Below are positions 36,061 to 49,796 of a DNA stretch of 64,000 nt, one piece after another (the stretch's first letter is position 1; each line of letters opens with the position of its first letter). The position numbers and the translations under genes were made by a program. Under the pieces are notes generated by a model. It saw nothing but the letters and a program-made list of their open reading frames with translations, was not told the origin of the DNA and searched no databases. The stretch is from Epiperipatus broadwayi (taxonomy: Eukaryota > Animalia > Onychophora): positions 14,136,001-14,200,000 of the forward strand of contig JAQFVV010000008.1 in the NCBI GenBank assembly GCA_028023455.1, written 5' to 3'.

Positions 36061-38331
36061 AAAGGCTGTTTAGCACAGTTTTATTTCTCAATTCAACAGC
36101 CAAAAGCATAAAAAAATCTAATTTTCAAATATTAATGATATTAAAAGATAAGAATAGATAATAATGGTAAAAAAGTTGAAAATGCTCAAATGTCTAAGAT
36201 AATGCCATGGTCATAAAATCATACAATTATCTAATATTTTAAGATCCTCTGTAATAAAAATACTATAAAAATGTCCATTTTCCACAATTATTTAGAAATG
36301 GCACAATAAGTCAGTAGATTGTGACAACCAATAATATGACATTATATTTGTTTTGTATTCAACTGTGATAGGTTGAGGATGTGAATAAAAACTGATACCG
36401 TAATGGGGCGGGTAATAGATTTATATAATACACAGTTATAATGAATAATATTAAAAAATATATATACAACAATAGAATATTACTGAACAGTTTTTAGCAG
36501 TTCTCTACAAATAATATCTCTGGATTTAGCTTTCCTTTTATTAAATGGAGTAGCAGGGGCAAACAAGTCACACAGTCAATAATATTTGTTATTACTCAAT
36601 GGATACAACTAGTAATATGAGTACATAAGGCAATTTATGGTGTTACTAATATTTCTTCTGAAGAGCAAGATTAATTTGTATAGCATATACATTTTGATAA
36701 TAATTGCTTTTCCTAAAACTTGATGTACCTTTTCCCCCAGCACTCATGACTAACACATGATATTGTCCTCTTTTATCTTGTATAGTACTTTTCTATGTGG
36801 GGTGAGCAGAATTAGCCAATAGTGTTTTCTGTTTGTCAATTGACTGCTCTCTAAGTATATTGTAATATTGAAGCATTATTAATTTTATTTCAAATAAAAT
36901 ATTTAGTATTAGCATATATGCATATATTATTATCAAAGTGTTTTAAAAGGCTAAATTTCCAAATATATCTATATTCTTATTGGCAAAATTGTTATATTAA
37001 GACAAAATCAGTTTTATCCAGATCTAACTGAATATCTTTCATACTTCAGTATTCGTAGATGGGATTTGCTTTTCACAATTGAATATAAATTCAGAGTCTA
37101 GATTTGAGCAAAAATTTGTAAATGCTCTGTCTATACTTATGTTAGCAAAATGATCGGTTGTACTCAGTATGTAGCAGTTCGGAAAACAAATTATTTTATA
37201 AAGTTAATAATTTGCTTATACAATTAAACTCAGATTATGAAATTAATCTGAATCTTAACACCAAAAATTAGAAATATGTTCTCATTTGTAGAGTAAATAA
37301 TGAATTTCTGATTTATTGATAATATAAAAGTTACATTAATTTTGAATAATTTTCTAGAAGCATATTGAAATAAATAAATTATTATTTTATTTTCAAATGA
37401 TATTAGTTAAATCACAATGTTATACCTAATTTTTATCTTTCAAGAGAAATTCAATTCTGTCCAAAATTTCAATCTTAATTCTGTTAGTAGAAAACATGAC
37501 TACTATGATTATGAACTGAATATTTTATATGGGTTCATATTCCTGTATATAATCCTGGAATAAAATGTTTTCTAAATTGTATTACTTTGTATAAAATAAT
37601 TAAAAAAACTGCCCTTGAATTACCAGTGCTTTGCCTGCTTTAAAAGCAGATAATGGCATTTCAAATGACCTTTATGTTGAGATATTATGATAAGAATATA
37701 TAAAAAGTATAAGTGCAATTGATTTAAAGATTGTAAATCAAAATTCTTAATATAGTTTTAGTTCTATGTAATACAATTATTATGTCAGATGAATACATGT
37801 CATATAATTTACATGTTTAATGATATATATGTATTCCAAAGCAAAATCTAAGTATTATAAATTAATAATAAGATTCCATAATAAAAAAAATCATTTATAT
37901 TTCCGAGGATTAAGAATGATAATTCTGATCATTATAATATCTATGTATTTGAACCTTGATAACCTTTCCTTGCCCCATAATTTCTGATAACTTTAATGTG
38001 GAAAATACTTTCTAACCTTATTAATTTTATATATATATATCTATCTATTTATGCAAAGCAAAACATTAAATTCATTTTTTTAAACTATTGATTGTAGATT
38101 ATTTCACTGATAATAATTTATTCTTTTTCATCATATTCTGATACACACCCAATTGATATTCTAATTTTATCTAATATTTGTTCTGATTATAACATACTAT
38201 TAGATACCTTAGCAAATAAAAATGTAAATGTGACAGTTGGAAATTAGTAAATTATTTGGCTAATTTTCAAGCTAAGCAACTTACTGATTACATTAAAAAA
38301 AACTTTAATTTATATTCAAAGATTTAATATA

Positions 38332-39222
38332 CACCTGGGTCTCGTTTTATGCGGATTATTTTAATGCAATTTTGAAGTTATGTGATTCATGTTTCTTCTT
38401 GATATCTTTCATATTTCACTATATTTATTAGATATCAAGAAATTTAAATTATTAATAACTTATTTTGATTTGAAATACTTTTTTTTTTTTTTCAAAAATA
38501 TAACATATATTAGCAGCTAATGTGAATATGGCCTGAAGCTGTATTTAGAATCTTAGCTTCTATGTAAATAACCTACTTATACTAATGAGTAAATAATAAT
38601 AATAGATTTATATGTACGTATAAAAATATCACAATAAATATTCAAAAATTTTAAACTTTTAAAACGTATTTTGTTAGATATTAACAGAAATAAATATTTT
38701 TTTAGATTTTTAAAATAAATAATAATGAAGATTTTATTGATTTTATAAACTGAAAATAATCTTTCTAATGATAATGTATAATTTTTTTGTTTTGATTGCG
38801 ATCTCATTTTTTTAATATAGAAACAGAAAACCATTAACACAGCTCAAGACTGAAAGTGGCGCTAGTTGTACACCACATCACGAATCTGATTTCTTACTAG
38901 TTCACAAATGAACGCATATTGTCAAACAGCGGTAATGATTAAAATATGTATGAAAAAATATAAATTAAATACTGTAGTTAATAAAAAAAGTAAAAAAAGT
39001 TTGTCTTGTATTAATTTTTTTCAAATATTTGAAATTTTTTATTAGTCATACTTTATTTCCTTATTTTTTTAATGCAAATTTTAAAGTAATTTTTCCTTGT
39101 TGCTTTGCTTTTATGCGACTTCTGAAAATTACTGGAACATATCCCCCATTTTTCAAGGTAAGTTATGTTTATTTTTGTGCGCGTTTTCTGAGGAACCTAT
39201 CTACCACATAAAATGAGACCCA
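38332..39222. mobile_element. MITE (Tc1/mariner-like, TA target), copy 1; right TIR truncated
   Basis: TA|CACCTGGGTCTCGTTTTATG ... CATAAAATGAGACCCA. Colinear with 60664-61620 throughout. Confidence 0.85.
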
Positions 39223-41152
39223 TTATATATCAGAAAAACAACTTTATTTTTTTCAATAACTAACACTTTACATAAGTTTAATATCTTATTCATTAGTCAA
39301 ACTATATGCATTCTAACATTATGAAAGATGAACATGTTCCACAACAAAAATATTTTTAAATTAAAAATAGTTTTTGATAACATTTGCCTAGTCATTGCAA
39401 AAAAGGAAATAACATTGAAGTATATAGTTACTTACCATTTTATCTCTGTACTAATAACAAAAAAAAATTTATATATGAAAGGATGAGCAATTATGCCAGA
39501 CAGATGAATAGTCTTTTTTGTTAAAAGATTTTTATCTTGGCATTAAATGATCTCTATCCAAATTTCATTGAATATATTTTATACAAAATTTTTGCCAACA
39601 TATTTATTTCTATCTTGTTCAAGTCCAAATCTTACTGATAATTATTTCAAAACATTACTATGCCTGTTTAATAAGATTGCAGCAGGCTATAGTAAAATAC
39701 TAGGATGGCTAAAGTATTACCATCATTGTCTTTAAGGACTTTTAATGTGAAAAAACATTTATTGCCCCAAAAATATCTTTTTACTAGACCAACCAAAATT
39801 TGCTATTATCATAAACTATGTTAAAAAATAACACAATGTTTTTCCTATGCTTTCCTTGTGTGTTTTTTATTTCAAGTGTAATAACTAAAAAACTATCATT
39901 CAGACCTGCACATGCTGAAAATGAATGATTATATAGTAATCCTGTTCTATACTCCTTTGTGAGGGGAAAAATCACATTGATTTTTTTTTATTCAAATATC
40001 TCTTAATAATCTGTCACATTTTAGTTTCTACAAGTCTTTTCAAAATTATTATTTCAATTGTTTTAATTATAATGTTCAATAATTAATAGGATCATTATTA
40101 ATAAGATTTTAAGCAATTTGTTTCTATATAATGTATATGAGGTGCATGTTAGAAACATTGATTTATTACTTTAAAATCCCTGTTACTTTTCAATTCTTTG
40201 TATTATGCCAATTCAGTTTCTCTTTGAATAATATAGTATTGCATTGATAGATCTAAAATATTTGTTACTTCTATAGTCCAAGAATAATCTATTCCTGAAT
40301 GAGGAATTCATATATGATAAATTTGGACAATTTATCATGCTGAATTTTTTTTATTTTATAAGATAACTATGGACTTAGCATTCATAAAAAATATCACACT
40401 TTTTCTACACTCAAAGGTGGTTCTAGCTATCAGTAAAACAAGCATTTTATTTGAATAATATAATGTGAAGGACAGAGTAGCTTAAAATTGACTATTTAAA
40501 AGTTAGTTTTTCTAAGCCTATTGGATGTCTAACTAAAAATATATATGAATTCTTAATAACTGTTGATAAAGAATGACAAAAATTGGGGCATCAAAAGAGT
40601 TTGAACTGGTTTTGCCATAAAATAAAAATTTTTTTATAGGGAATGCAATGACAGTCATTTGATCCATGTAGATTAACTTTGTTTTTTTTTTTGTGTTCTA
40701 TGTAAGAATAATTAGATGCTCATTTATGAATTCTTTACTATAAAGAAAACTCCTAATCTTGTTCAGAATCTGAAAAATTTCAAAGTTCATCTGGTTTGGA
40801 TTTAATTCCAATCATGAACATGGGAGCAGATGCATCATTCATGAAGCTGTTCACATTTTGCTCTTAGTTTTTCCCTGATTAAGAATAAATCTAACACTTC
40901 AACAAAACAATGGAAAGGATAAACAAACTTAGACAATAAATATATAAAAACTATCCTTAAATTTTATTATTCTTTTTTATTTATAAGAAATATATTTTAT
41001 GATTTACAGCTGTCAATAGATACATTGATACTGCATTTACAATAAATAATAAAGAATGACATGTATGCGTCAAACAAATTAGAAATTTAGACAGATTTGC
41101 ATAAGCTAAATTTTTAGTTTAATTTCCAGCAAAATTCAATTACATACATAAC

Positions 41153-41630
41153 TGTTACATACGTCGGTAAAGCATTCTCTTAAAGTTGGGTATCATAGAT
41201 CTGCCCGTTAGGGCCACTATAGTCTCTAATTTTTTACTACCCCGATTCTCCCTCTATATCCCACTTGTATACCCGACTTCTGGAGTTCAAACAAAACATC
41301 GCTAATTCCATAAATACCTCTCCTTATATGGTCTGCTAACTGAGCCCTTCACTAGTCGCCATGGATTTTGATTAATCCCCAATTTCACCTTATAAGGTGA
41401 GGCATTTTGGTGGTAAATTTTACTTAAACCTTCACACCATATATGGTTATTTTCTACATAACATCGTTACATTAGATCTATAATTATTTAGGTAATTCCA
41501 ATATTATTTAGTTATATACTTCTAATATTATTTAATCATACAATTCTATACTTATTTATGATCCCCCCTAATTTTACAATACTATTTACATAATAAATTT
41601 CAAACAGTCCTAATTAACTTGTCCGTGACA
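41153..41630. mobile_element. Possible solo LTR
   Basis: GC-richer non-coding island bounded by TGTTAC...GTGACA. The TSD is not convincing (TAAC/CCAC). Confidence 0.3.
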
Positions 41631-43209
41631 CCACAAAGAGTAAAAGTCATTTCATTTCTAATAAATTTATCTTAATATTTTAGGTGACAAATTTTTGATA
41701 GTAAGAATTTGTCTACTTCCAAATCTTGTGCCATTGTATATTTACACGTGGCAAAATAGTTATTTACTTTTACCAGTTTTTTTCTTTCTTTGCTTATTGT
41801 CATAGAAAGCATGTTTGGTCATATGAATTATGTAATATCTTACGTAATATTAATAAACTACCTAGCAAAATAAACATATCTGAATTTGAAAATGGAACAA
41901 AAATAGATATTAAAACCCATGTATAATGAAAATTATAATTACAATGCAAATGGTTTCTAAGTAAAAATAAACAAATTATTAAATTAATTATTTTAAACCT
42001 GTAACAAAAATTCAGGTAAAAATAATTAGTTTATTGAACTAATCTTCATCTTGTTTATGGTAGATTGGAACTGAAAAGTATATATACCAAAGTTTGCAAA
42101 TAATTAAAAAGTAACAACTGTCAAATGTGATTTTTTTAAAGTACTTTAATAAAGTTTATTAGAACTAGTAAGTCTTTGGAAAAAGATATTCCCAGAAATT
42201 AAATAATGATTTTTACATTAATATGTAAGTAACAAACAAATATGCTCAAAAGATAATTTCTTAATGTTATTTTAGAAGATAAAAATGATTGAAAAATTAT
42301 TGTAGATATTTTACAACACTGTAGCTATATTATAGTTGTCCGGCAAATTGATTTATGACAAATAAGAGAAGAGATTGATTAGAATTTATTATAATTATTT
42401 TTCTGATAACCAAAATCTGCTGCTCAAAGTTAATTTTAACCGAAAAGCTAGATTTCTATATGTAGGACTATCAATGAGGAAAGGAATTTTTCTAATTATG
42501 CTTGAACCTGTAGTATATTGAGAATCATGGTATAGTTTCAGTAGTTTCTGTGCAATTAGGGCACCGGCTTACAAGCTACTTTGAGCATAATTATGAAATT
42601 AATACATAATTATTCTTTTTTAAAAAAATAATATATGTTTACTTCATTTCTTATTCGATTTGTTGATTTTTCTAATTTACATCTTATGCAAGGATATATG
42701 GTGCCACCATCTTTTATTATTTTATTAATAAAATGTTTGTGTACAACATAAAAGATTAGTTTTTAATTTTTATTTCCCAAATCATTGAAATATTTTCTAA
42801 CTTATGATGTTAAGCACCTAATGCATCAAAAAATAAATAGTTCTAAACTTAATTAAAATTTTGAATTTTTTAAAATCATAATTGCATAAGTTTTTGAATT
42901 ATAATTTTTTTTAGTTTTTTAAGTTTAGTCGTATCCTAAGCATGATAAAATCAATATGAGGAGTGTTTAAAGTACCAAAGAACTGAATTTTGTTGAATAA
43001 TTTTATCAATAAGCTTTATATTACCAAAAATAGAATTGTTAGATAAATTTGAAATGTTTTATATGAGGGAGGACTATTTCAAAATATTAATTACTAATTA
43101 AATATAAATTTATTTAGATGTAATTTGATTACATAAAAAATATTGATAAAAATATTTATTAATTAATTTTTGTTTTTCCAAAATGTTTATATATTTATCT
43201 ATTTCAAAG

Positions 43210-44036
43210 GTATAATCTTCATTAGAACAAAAGAAAATGCAAGAGCATTAAAGAAAATTTTAAAAGATGATAAAATTTTAAATAAACTTGAACCAGAGAT
43301 TATTTTGGGAGGAAATAACTCGTCAAGTAAAGGAATGAAAACAAAAGAACAGCATGAAACATTATTAAATTTTAGCAGTGGAAAAATTAAAGTTATTATT
43401 TCTACTTCTGTGGCAGAAGAAGGTTTGGATATACCATCATGCAATCTAATTGTAAAATATAATTATATAACAAATGAAGTGGCATCTTACCAGATGTATG
43501 GCAGGGCTAGAGCCCCAAATAGTGGGTATGTTTCTATGGGCTCAGAAGAGTGTTCAAATAAAGAAATGATAAATTATGACATACAAAAAAAAATAGAAGT
43601 ATTAATTAAAGACATTAGTCAAATACCAAGTGAAAAATTTGCTGAAAAGGTAAAAGAGAACCAAACAAAAACATTTGCAGATCGAGCAATAGAAAAAAAA
43701 ATAGAAGAACAGAAATATTCTACATATGACCCAAATGGTATAAATTTTAAATGTGGTGAATGTTTTTGTTTTATTTGTAAGGCTACAGATATATATCAGA
43801 AAGGTAATGATTTTGTTATTAATTGGCAAGATATTAAAAAGTCTGCAGTTGTATCTTTTGAAACCATTAAATTAACTTACAATATTCTTTGTAAAGAATG
43901 CCTAAACCTTTTAGGTTCAAAATATGATAATGGATGTCACTGTTTAGGAATTAAACATTTTGTTATTGAAATTAATGGTGAGAATAAAACATTTAATAAG
44001 TGGAGTGCTCGAACATTTTATATAAGAAAAGAATAA
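43210..44036 (+). CDS. RIG-I-like receptor / DRH helicase, terminal exon (Hel2, pincer, C-terminal regulatory domain)
   Basis: Motif IV IIFIRTK, motif V STSVAEEGLDIPSCNLIVKY, motif VI QMYGRARA. CTD with CGEC and CKEC zinc ligands, LGIKHFVIE and FNKWS. Phase-1 acceptor ttcaaag| is consistent with the previous exon. Stop TAA at 44036. Confidence 0.93.
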
Positions 44037-44799
44037 GATATTTAAAATGCACATTTTTGGCTTGTTTGTTTTTTCTTAACCTAAATAATTTGTTTATATT
44101 TTAAGCCAGATGTGTACTTAAACATTCATATACTGTACATATAAATATGTGAGAAAGTTTTTAAATATGTATATATTTAACAGTTTACTGTTATGTAATG
44201 TAAAAAAAGTATTACAATATATTCTTATATATTTTCCCATATAATAATTTAATGAAAACTTAAAATTTTAACTATATATTAAATGTTTTAAATATGTGCT
44301 TATGTTAATACATATTAATCTATTAAAAATGTTTTAAATTGAATATTATGTATTAACCAATTTAAACAAATAGATCAACAACAAAACAAAATTCTTTCCA
44401 AATACCATTCAGTTTGTAAATTCATAAATATTTGACATCCTGAATTATTATCTCAACATTATTATCTAAGAGATTTAGCATAAGTTCAGTTACTATAATA
44501 TGTAATGATTTACATGAAGTAAGATTCTTATAATTTCTATACAACTCAGCAATTGGACAATGTAATCAGCAAAATATTATTACTTTCATTAACATTTTTT
44601 TTTCCATTCAATTAATGTTGCTTCCCCAAAAAAACTTTTCAATAAGAGTTATATCCATTTAAATATTGACAACATTTTATTTACAAAAAATATCATTATC
44701 ATTCGTTATCTGCAAATCTCATCAAACTAAATTTCCTCCAAACTTTTTTTTTTTATCTCTTTGTCTACTGCTTATTACGTAATCATAACTATTCCCCTT

Positions 44800-46220
44800 A
44801 ATACATACAAATTTAATTTAAAACGAGTAATTCGATCAGAGTATAGACCCATTAATATTCTCACAAATTCAACATTGGTTCCATAAATCATATGTGGTTA
44901 TTTTTTTTTAATTCAAGCAGGTGGCAATTATAAAAGATTTGTTATAAACTTGATCCTGATTATAAATCTTGCGTCTCATTGTAAGAAAATAAAGAAATTG
45001 TAAACAATGAGAAAATATTGATTAATTTATAAATCTGTCGTGAGTATTTCATAAGAGTAAAATAGATGGAGAAACAGTTTTTTTATAGGAAAATAAAGCT
45101 TCATAACATATAAGTAGGCATTAACATTTGATGATCTATTACATAGCCATTATCAGGATATCTGAATAAATTTATACAAAATGGAAATATGAAACCCATG
45201 AAAATTTTTCAGTATAAATAGCTAAAATTTAAAAAAATTGATATTATTTTTTGTATTAAAAATAGTATACAATACTTACTTTTTTTTTCTTAATGTTTCA
45301 ACTTACATTTTAAAATTTTAAATATTTACTTTTTAATTCCTATTTATAATTTATAATCATTAAACCAAATACCCTTAATTATGACTAAATACTATAATAA
45401 AAATATAAATAAGAATTGGAAAGTAAATATTTTAAAATGTAAGTTAAATATAAAAAAATTGATGGTAATTTTTTTAATTTTGGCTAGATTTAGTAATGAA
45501 AATTTTCTATGGGTTTCATATTTTAATTTTGTCCATACTTATTACAGATGCCTTAACAATTGTCATTTAAATTGGTCAAAACATTTGTAATATATATAAA
45601 ATATTTGTAATGTATTCAGTAAAATAATACAATTTGGAAAGAAGAATCTGGATAATGAAATATTTATGAGTAGATTAATGGCTACTTATAGGTTATGAGT
45701 CTAATTAGTTATAGGAAACATTTCTCCATCTTAATAATTTTTATTAGCCATTCATTAGACTAGAGATTATCCACTTAATGAATATTTCTGTAGTATGATT
45801 TTCAATACACCACTCGTATGTAAGATAGGGCCTGGTTTCTATTTGCTTTTAACATCTTGTAATGACCAAAGACATGTGAAAAAAATGTATGATCTCCAAT
45901 GTGAACATTTCATACTGAACTAGCACTCATCAATTGGTCCCAATTATTTCACTTTTCTGAGACATTTCATTTTGGCTGAAGTTTTTAATTCATTAAATTT
46001 TTTTATTGTTTATAACTTCTTTAATTTCTTATAATAAAAAATGCTTGATTTATAATGAGGATCAAATTTATAAACTTTTTTATATATAATTGGTGCCTTT
46101 TTGGATTAAGAAAAATTAATTATGCACATTATTTATGGATTCTTCATTGAATTTGTGAGAATTTTGATTGGTCTACACTCTTATCAAATACCTTAAATTT
46201 TAAATTAGATTTCTATATAT
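44800..46220. mobile_element. Diverged foldback element with nested inverted repeats
   Basis: Outer inverted arms about 44800-45000 vs 46030-46220 (e.g. AATATTCTCACAAATTCAA / TTGAATTTGTGAGAATTTT). Inner arms about 45190-45340 vs 45415-45520. No TSD identified. Confidence 0.55.
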
Positions 46221-46720
46221 TAAAGTTAGATTCGGTACTAAAAAAGGGATCGGATCTACAACTTTGGATTATCCACACTGCTTGATGGTGCTGTTTCTAT
46301 GCAAAAGCACAGAATTATGCTGTTTACAGGGCCGCTCATATATCTTACAGCCTGTAAACTTTTCAAACACGTGATGTTGATGAAGTCAACACATCCCTAA
46401 CATCACTAGCATGTGAACATTATCAGCGACGTGTTGTGACAGTCTATATAAACATTAGTAATGAATAGTTAACACCGTATCATATGGGAGTGTGTGTATT
46501 TCTAATCAGAAAAAGTGTATCAGTACGCAGTTAAAATATGTTTGTTTTAAATGGAGTGTAATTTTTATGAGTAACTAGAAATTATAATTATTTCGCAAAT
46601 GACCATACTTTTCTTTTTAGGTGACAGAATTTAATAAATGAGAAGTGTAAGTTGTGATTCAGCAAAGTTCACATGAAAATCACGCAATTTGCGAGAACTT
46701 TGCAAGATAAACAAAGTGAA

Positions 46721-47601
46721 ATGGCAGAACAACATTCGACGTTCAAGTTGTTTGATTTATCTGCTACAGACAAGAAGAGGCGGTGGCTTTCCCTTAGCAA
46801 AATAATATTTTACCTTCAGAGAAGAACTGTGTTTGTCGTGGTATGATGAAATTACGATGATGTAAAATTTCTGAAATTGAATGCGAATCACGTCAATGCC
46901 ATCAAAGGTGTTCTATTCGTAATGGGACGTGGTTTGAGGGCTGCCAATTAGATTTCTTGAAGACAGTGCGCCTTATATATTTGTGGAGCAGGGATGAGCT
47001 CACAGTGAAGCATATTGGATATGAATTGCAAATGTCTGAAAATGCTGTGAGGAAGTTGACGACAGCTATTAGAGAGCTCTGGCAAGAAAGTCTTGTTTCT
47101 CATCCATGCTGTCAAATCGGCAGTCCCAGTACCATAGTGGAAGTAGATGAGACCGTGTTCAGTCGACGCAAGAACACAGGGTAGAATTCTGCCGCAGCAA
47201 TGGATTTTTGGTGGTTTGTGTCGTGAGACTGGTGAATGTTTTGCAGCGGCTGTTCCCTCCTGTTCTGAAACACCCTTATGCAGTCCATCCATGAAAACAT
47301 CAGCCCTGGCTCCAGCATCTATTTGGACTGCTGGAAAGGATACAGAACTAGTGAGTTAGAGGCTGCCAGATTTTACCACATGAGAGTCAACCACAAGTAC
47401 AGCTTTGTTGACCCTGACACAGGCATCTACACACAGACCATTGAACACCTTTGGGGCTCTCTCAAGTGGCAAAACAAGAGAGTACATGGCACATGAAGAG
47501 AAGGTATTGACAATTACCTAGCTGGGTTTTTGTGGAGACGTTGGAAAAAGGATCAAGACATCTTCTGTACCATTTTACAAGAGATGAATGTTCACCAATG
47601 A
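46721..47601 (+). pseudogene. Merlin DDE transposase, frameshifted
   Basis: IVEVDET (D), QQWIFGG, SIYLDCWKGY (D), VNHKYSFVDPDTGIYTQTIEHLWG (E). Spread over several frames. Confidence 0.9.
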
Positions 47602-47713
47602 AATGTTATTGTTTCTGTATATATGCAATGAAAGTTTATTTTATTTTGTTATGCAAGTTATATTTTAAAAATAAACGTTTTTATTTTTAAAAAAATTTTA
47701 ATCCAAAAAATTA

Positions 47714-48289
47714 AAATTCTTTGTATTTAAGGTGTGATATGTTGGACTATTTCCATCATTTATGAGTGAATGTTGAATGTATAGAAAATTTTAAACTTTA
47801 TTTAAACTTTTCAAATACAAACAACTTGTTAGTAATAACACACAAATAGACAATACAGGTTAGTAATTAAACAGCGTTTTGAGTAGTATTATTCTCCACT
47901 CTTCTTCAGGTGTTGCTGACTTATATGCACAGTGACAATATTCGCTTAGAAGTTGAGCCCGCACCTTTAACTCAGTTGGTAGAGCGTTTGCCTTAAGTTC
48001 ATTATTCAAGAATCTAAAGGTGCAAGCTCAATTTCTAAGCAAATATTGTCACTGTGCATATAGGCCAGCAACACCTGAAGAAGAGTGGAGAATACTACTA
48101 CTTGAAACATTGTATAATTACTAACTTGTATTGTCTATTTATGTGTTATTACTAACAAGTTGTTTGTATTTGAAAAGTTTAAAATTTTCTATACATTCAA
48201 CATTCACTCATAAATGATGGAAATAATCCAACATATCACATCTTATAATATACCATCATTACAAACCTTCAGACAAATTCTATGTATTT
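47714..48289 (+). mobile_element. Penelope-like inverted-repeat insertion #3, nested in Merlin
   Basis: 15-bp direct repeat AAATTCT(T/A)TGTATTT at 47714-47728 and 48275-48289. Arms 47728-47969 and 48015-48245, 45-bp loop, 29-bp tail at 48246-48274. Partial hammerhead core CTGAAGA-a-GAGTGG..CTACT(T/C)-GAAAC at 48075-48108, with no stem I partner. Confidence 0.7.
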
Positions 48290-49796
48290 GTTTATGAATA
48301 AAAGTTAATATTTTTGAACCCCCGGTAAATCAAAAAAAAAAAGAATAAAATGTTTTTTAAAAATAAAAAAAACCAAAAAGAATAGCGAATGTTTTAAAAA
48401 GAAAAAAAAGACAGAAGGTTGTTAAATATATATATACGGTATGTTTTATAAAGAAAAAAGACCGAAGGCTTTAAAACCAAAAGTTATATTTGTTATTTTT
48501 AAAAAATTGAAATAAACCCATTATAAAAAAAAAAAACATAAAAAAAAATATATAAAACCCATTAAAAAAAAAAACAAATCCAAAAAAAAAACCTTAAAGA
48601 ACTATATTTTTAAAAAGCCTGGTAACATTATATTTATTTGTTTTGCAATAGCAACAGCACCATCATGCATTATGGATCATTCCAAGTTGTAGAACCAAGG
48701 GATCATATACTATTGCTAGTCAACAATGAAAATAAATGTTAGCAAAATTAATATTTTTTTTGATACTTTGATAAATTGCTTAGTGTATAGAAATCACAAG
48801 AATCTTACTTTATGTAGATTACTGCCTATAATATAATATCTGAAACGTTTAGCTAATAATGTTGATATATTAATTCAATGATGTCAAATATTTTTTTAGT
48901 ATTATGTATAATGAATTTTTATTTTATTACAGGCATTTTAAAACTATTTAGAGATAAGAAAATTGATCTCTTTAAACATGAACTATAATATTTTTATATG
49001 AGAACTATATTTTTAGATGTACATATTGAAATTTGTATTATAAAAATATGTAACTTTTTTTTTTAATTAGTGTACATTGGTGATTAATATATGCAATTAA
49101 AAATAATTTTTTTTTGTCACTTTTATTGCATTGTTTGTATTATTTTTTATCCTTTGCCCACTATACACTAATATAAAAAGAGGAAGCCATTTATGTTTGT
49201 AAATCTTATAGATATTATCACTGAGGCACACACATATAGAAAACCTATTCATGGAACAACATGTTTAAATGTGTTATTAAAATATTTCACAAACTAAACT
49301 CCTAAGAAAGATTTATATGAACTTATAAGCAACACTAACCTTCTGTCTGTTTTTATTGTTTATATGAAAAAATAGGTTGACTTTGATTTAACAAAAAGGT
49401 GAGCATTATTTACAAATTCATTTAAATGATTCTTTAGGAATCTACTTTGTGAATTATCTTAGTAATGTATCCAGATTTATTTGTTCTGTGAATAGATTTA
49501 CACTCATAGCATTGTATATTTGATAAGCCATAAAATTATTTATGTGCTCATTAATATCATTAGAATATTGTCACAAAGATATGCTATCATATACAAACTC
49601 ATATGCATATATGTTATAACAGAATTTTACATTATTGGATCAAGATTTCTCAGACTACACATTGGTGTGCTAAAATATATCTGTATATACTGGGGTTACC
49701 ATTACATCACACATTGAGATGCATAAAATAACAATTTTTTGAGAAAGTGGAGTAAAGGTTTATTACCATTTTTAAAAAATATGTTTAATAGTCATT

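Larger units (their letters stand above)
46252..48696 (+). mobile_element. Merlin (IS1595/ISXO2-like) DNA transposon
   Basis: About 55-bp imperfect TIRs GGATCTACAACTT... / ...AAGTTGTAGAACC. Exact 8-bp TSD AAGGGATC at 46244-46251 and 48697-48704. Confidence 0.92.

Noticed and set aside
43170-43209. ORF-track start of the 288-aa ORF as the true N-terminus
   Set aside because: It starts at TTG within an AT-rich, polypyrimidine-type intron end. Homology begins at motif IV after the AG at 43208-43209.
47960-48040. A complete tRNA gene
   Set aside because: Only a D-arm-like stretch is present. There is no anticodon stem, T-loop (GTTCRA) or acceptor stem distinct from the hairpin arms.
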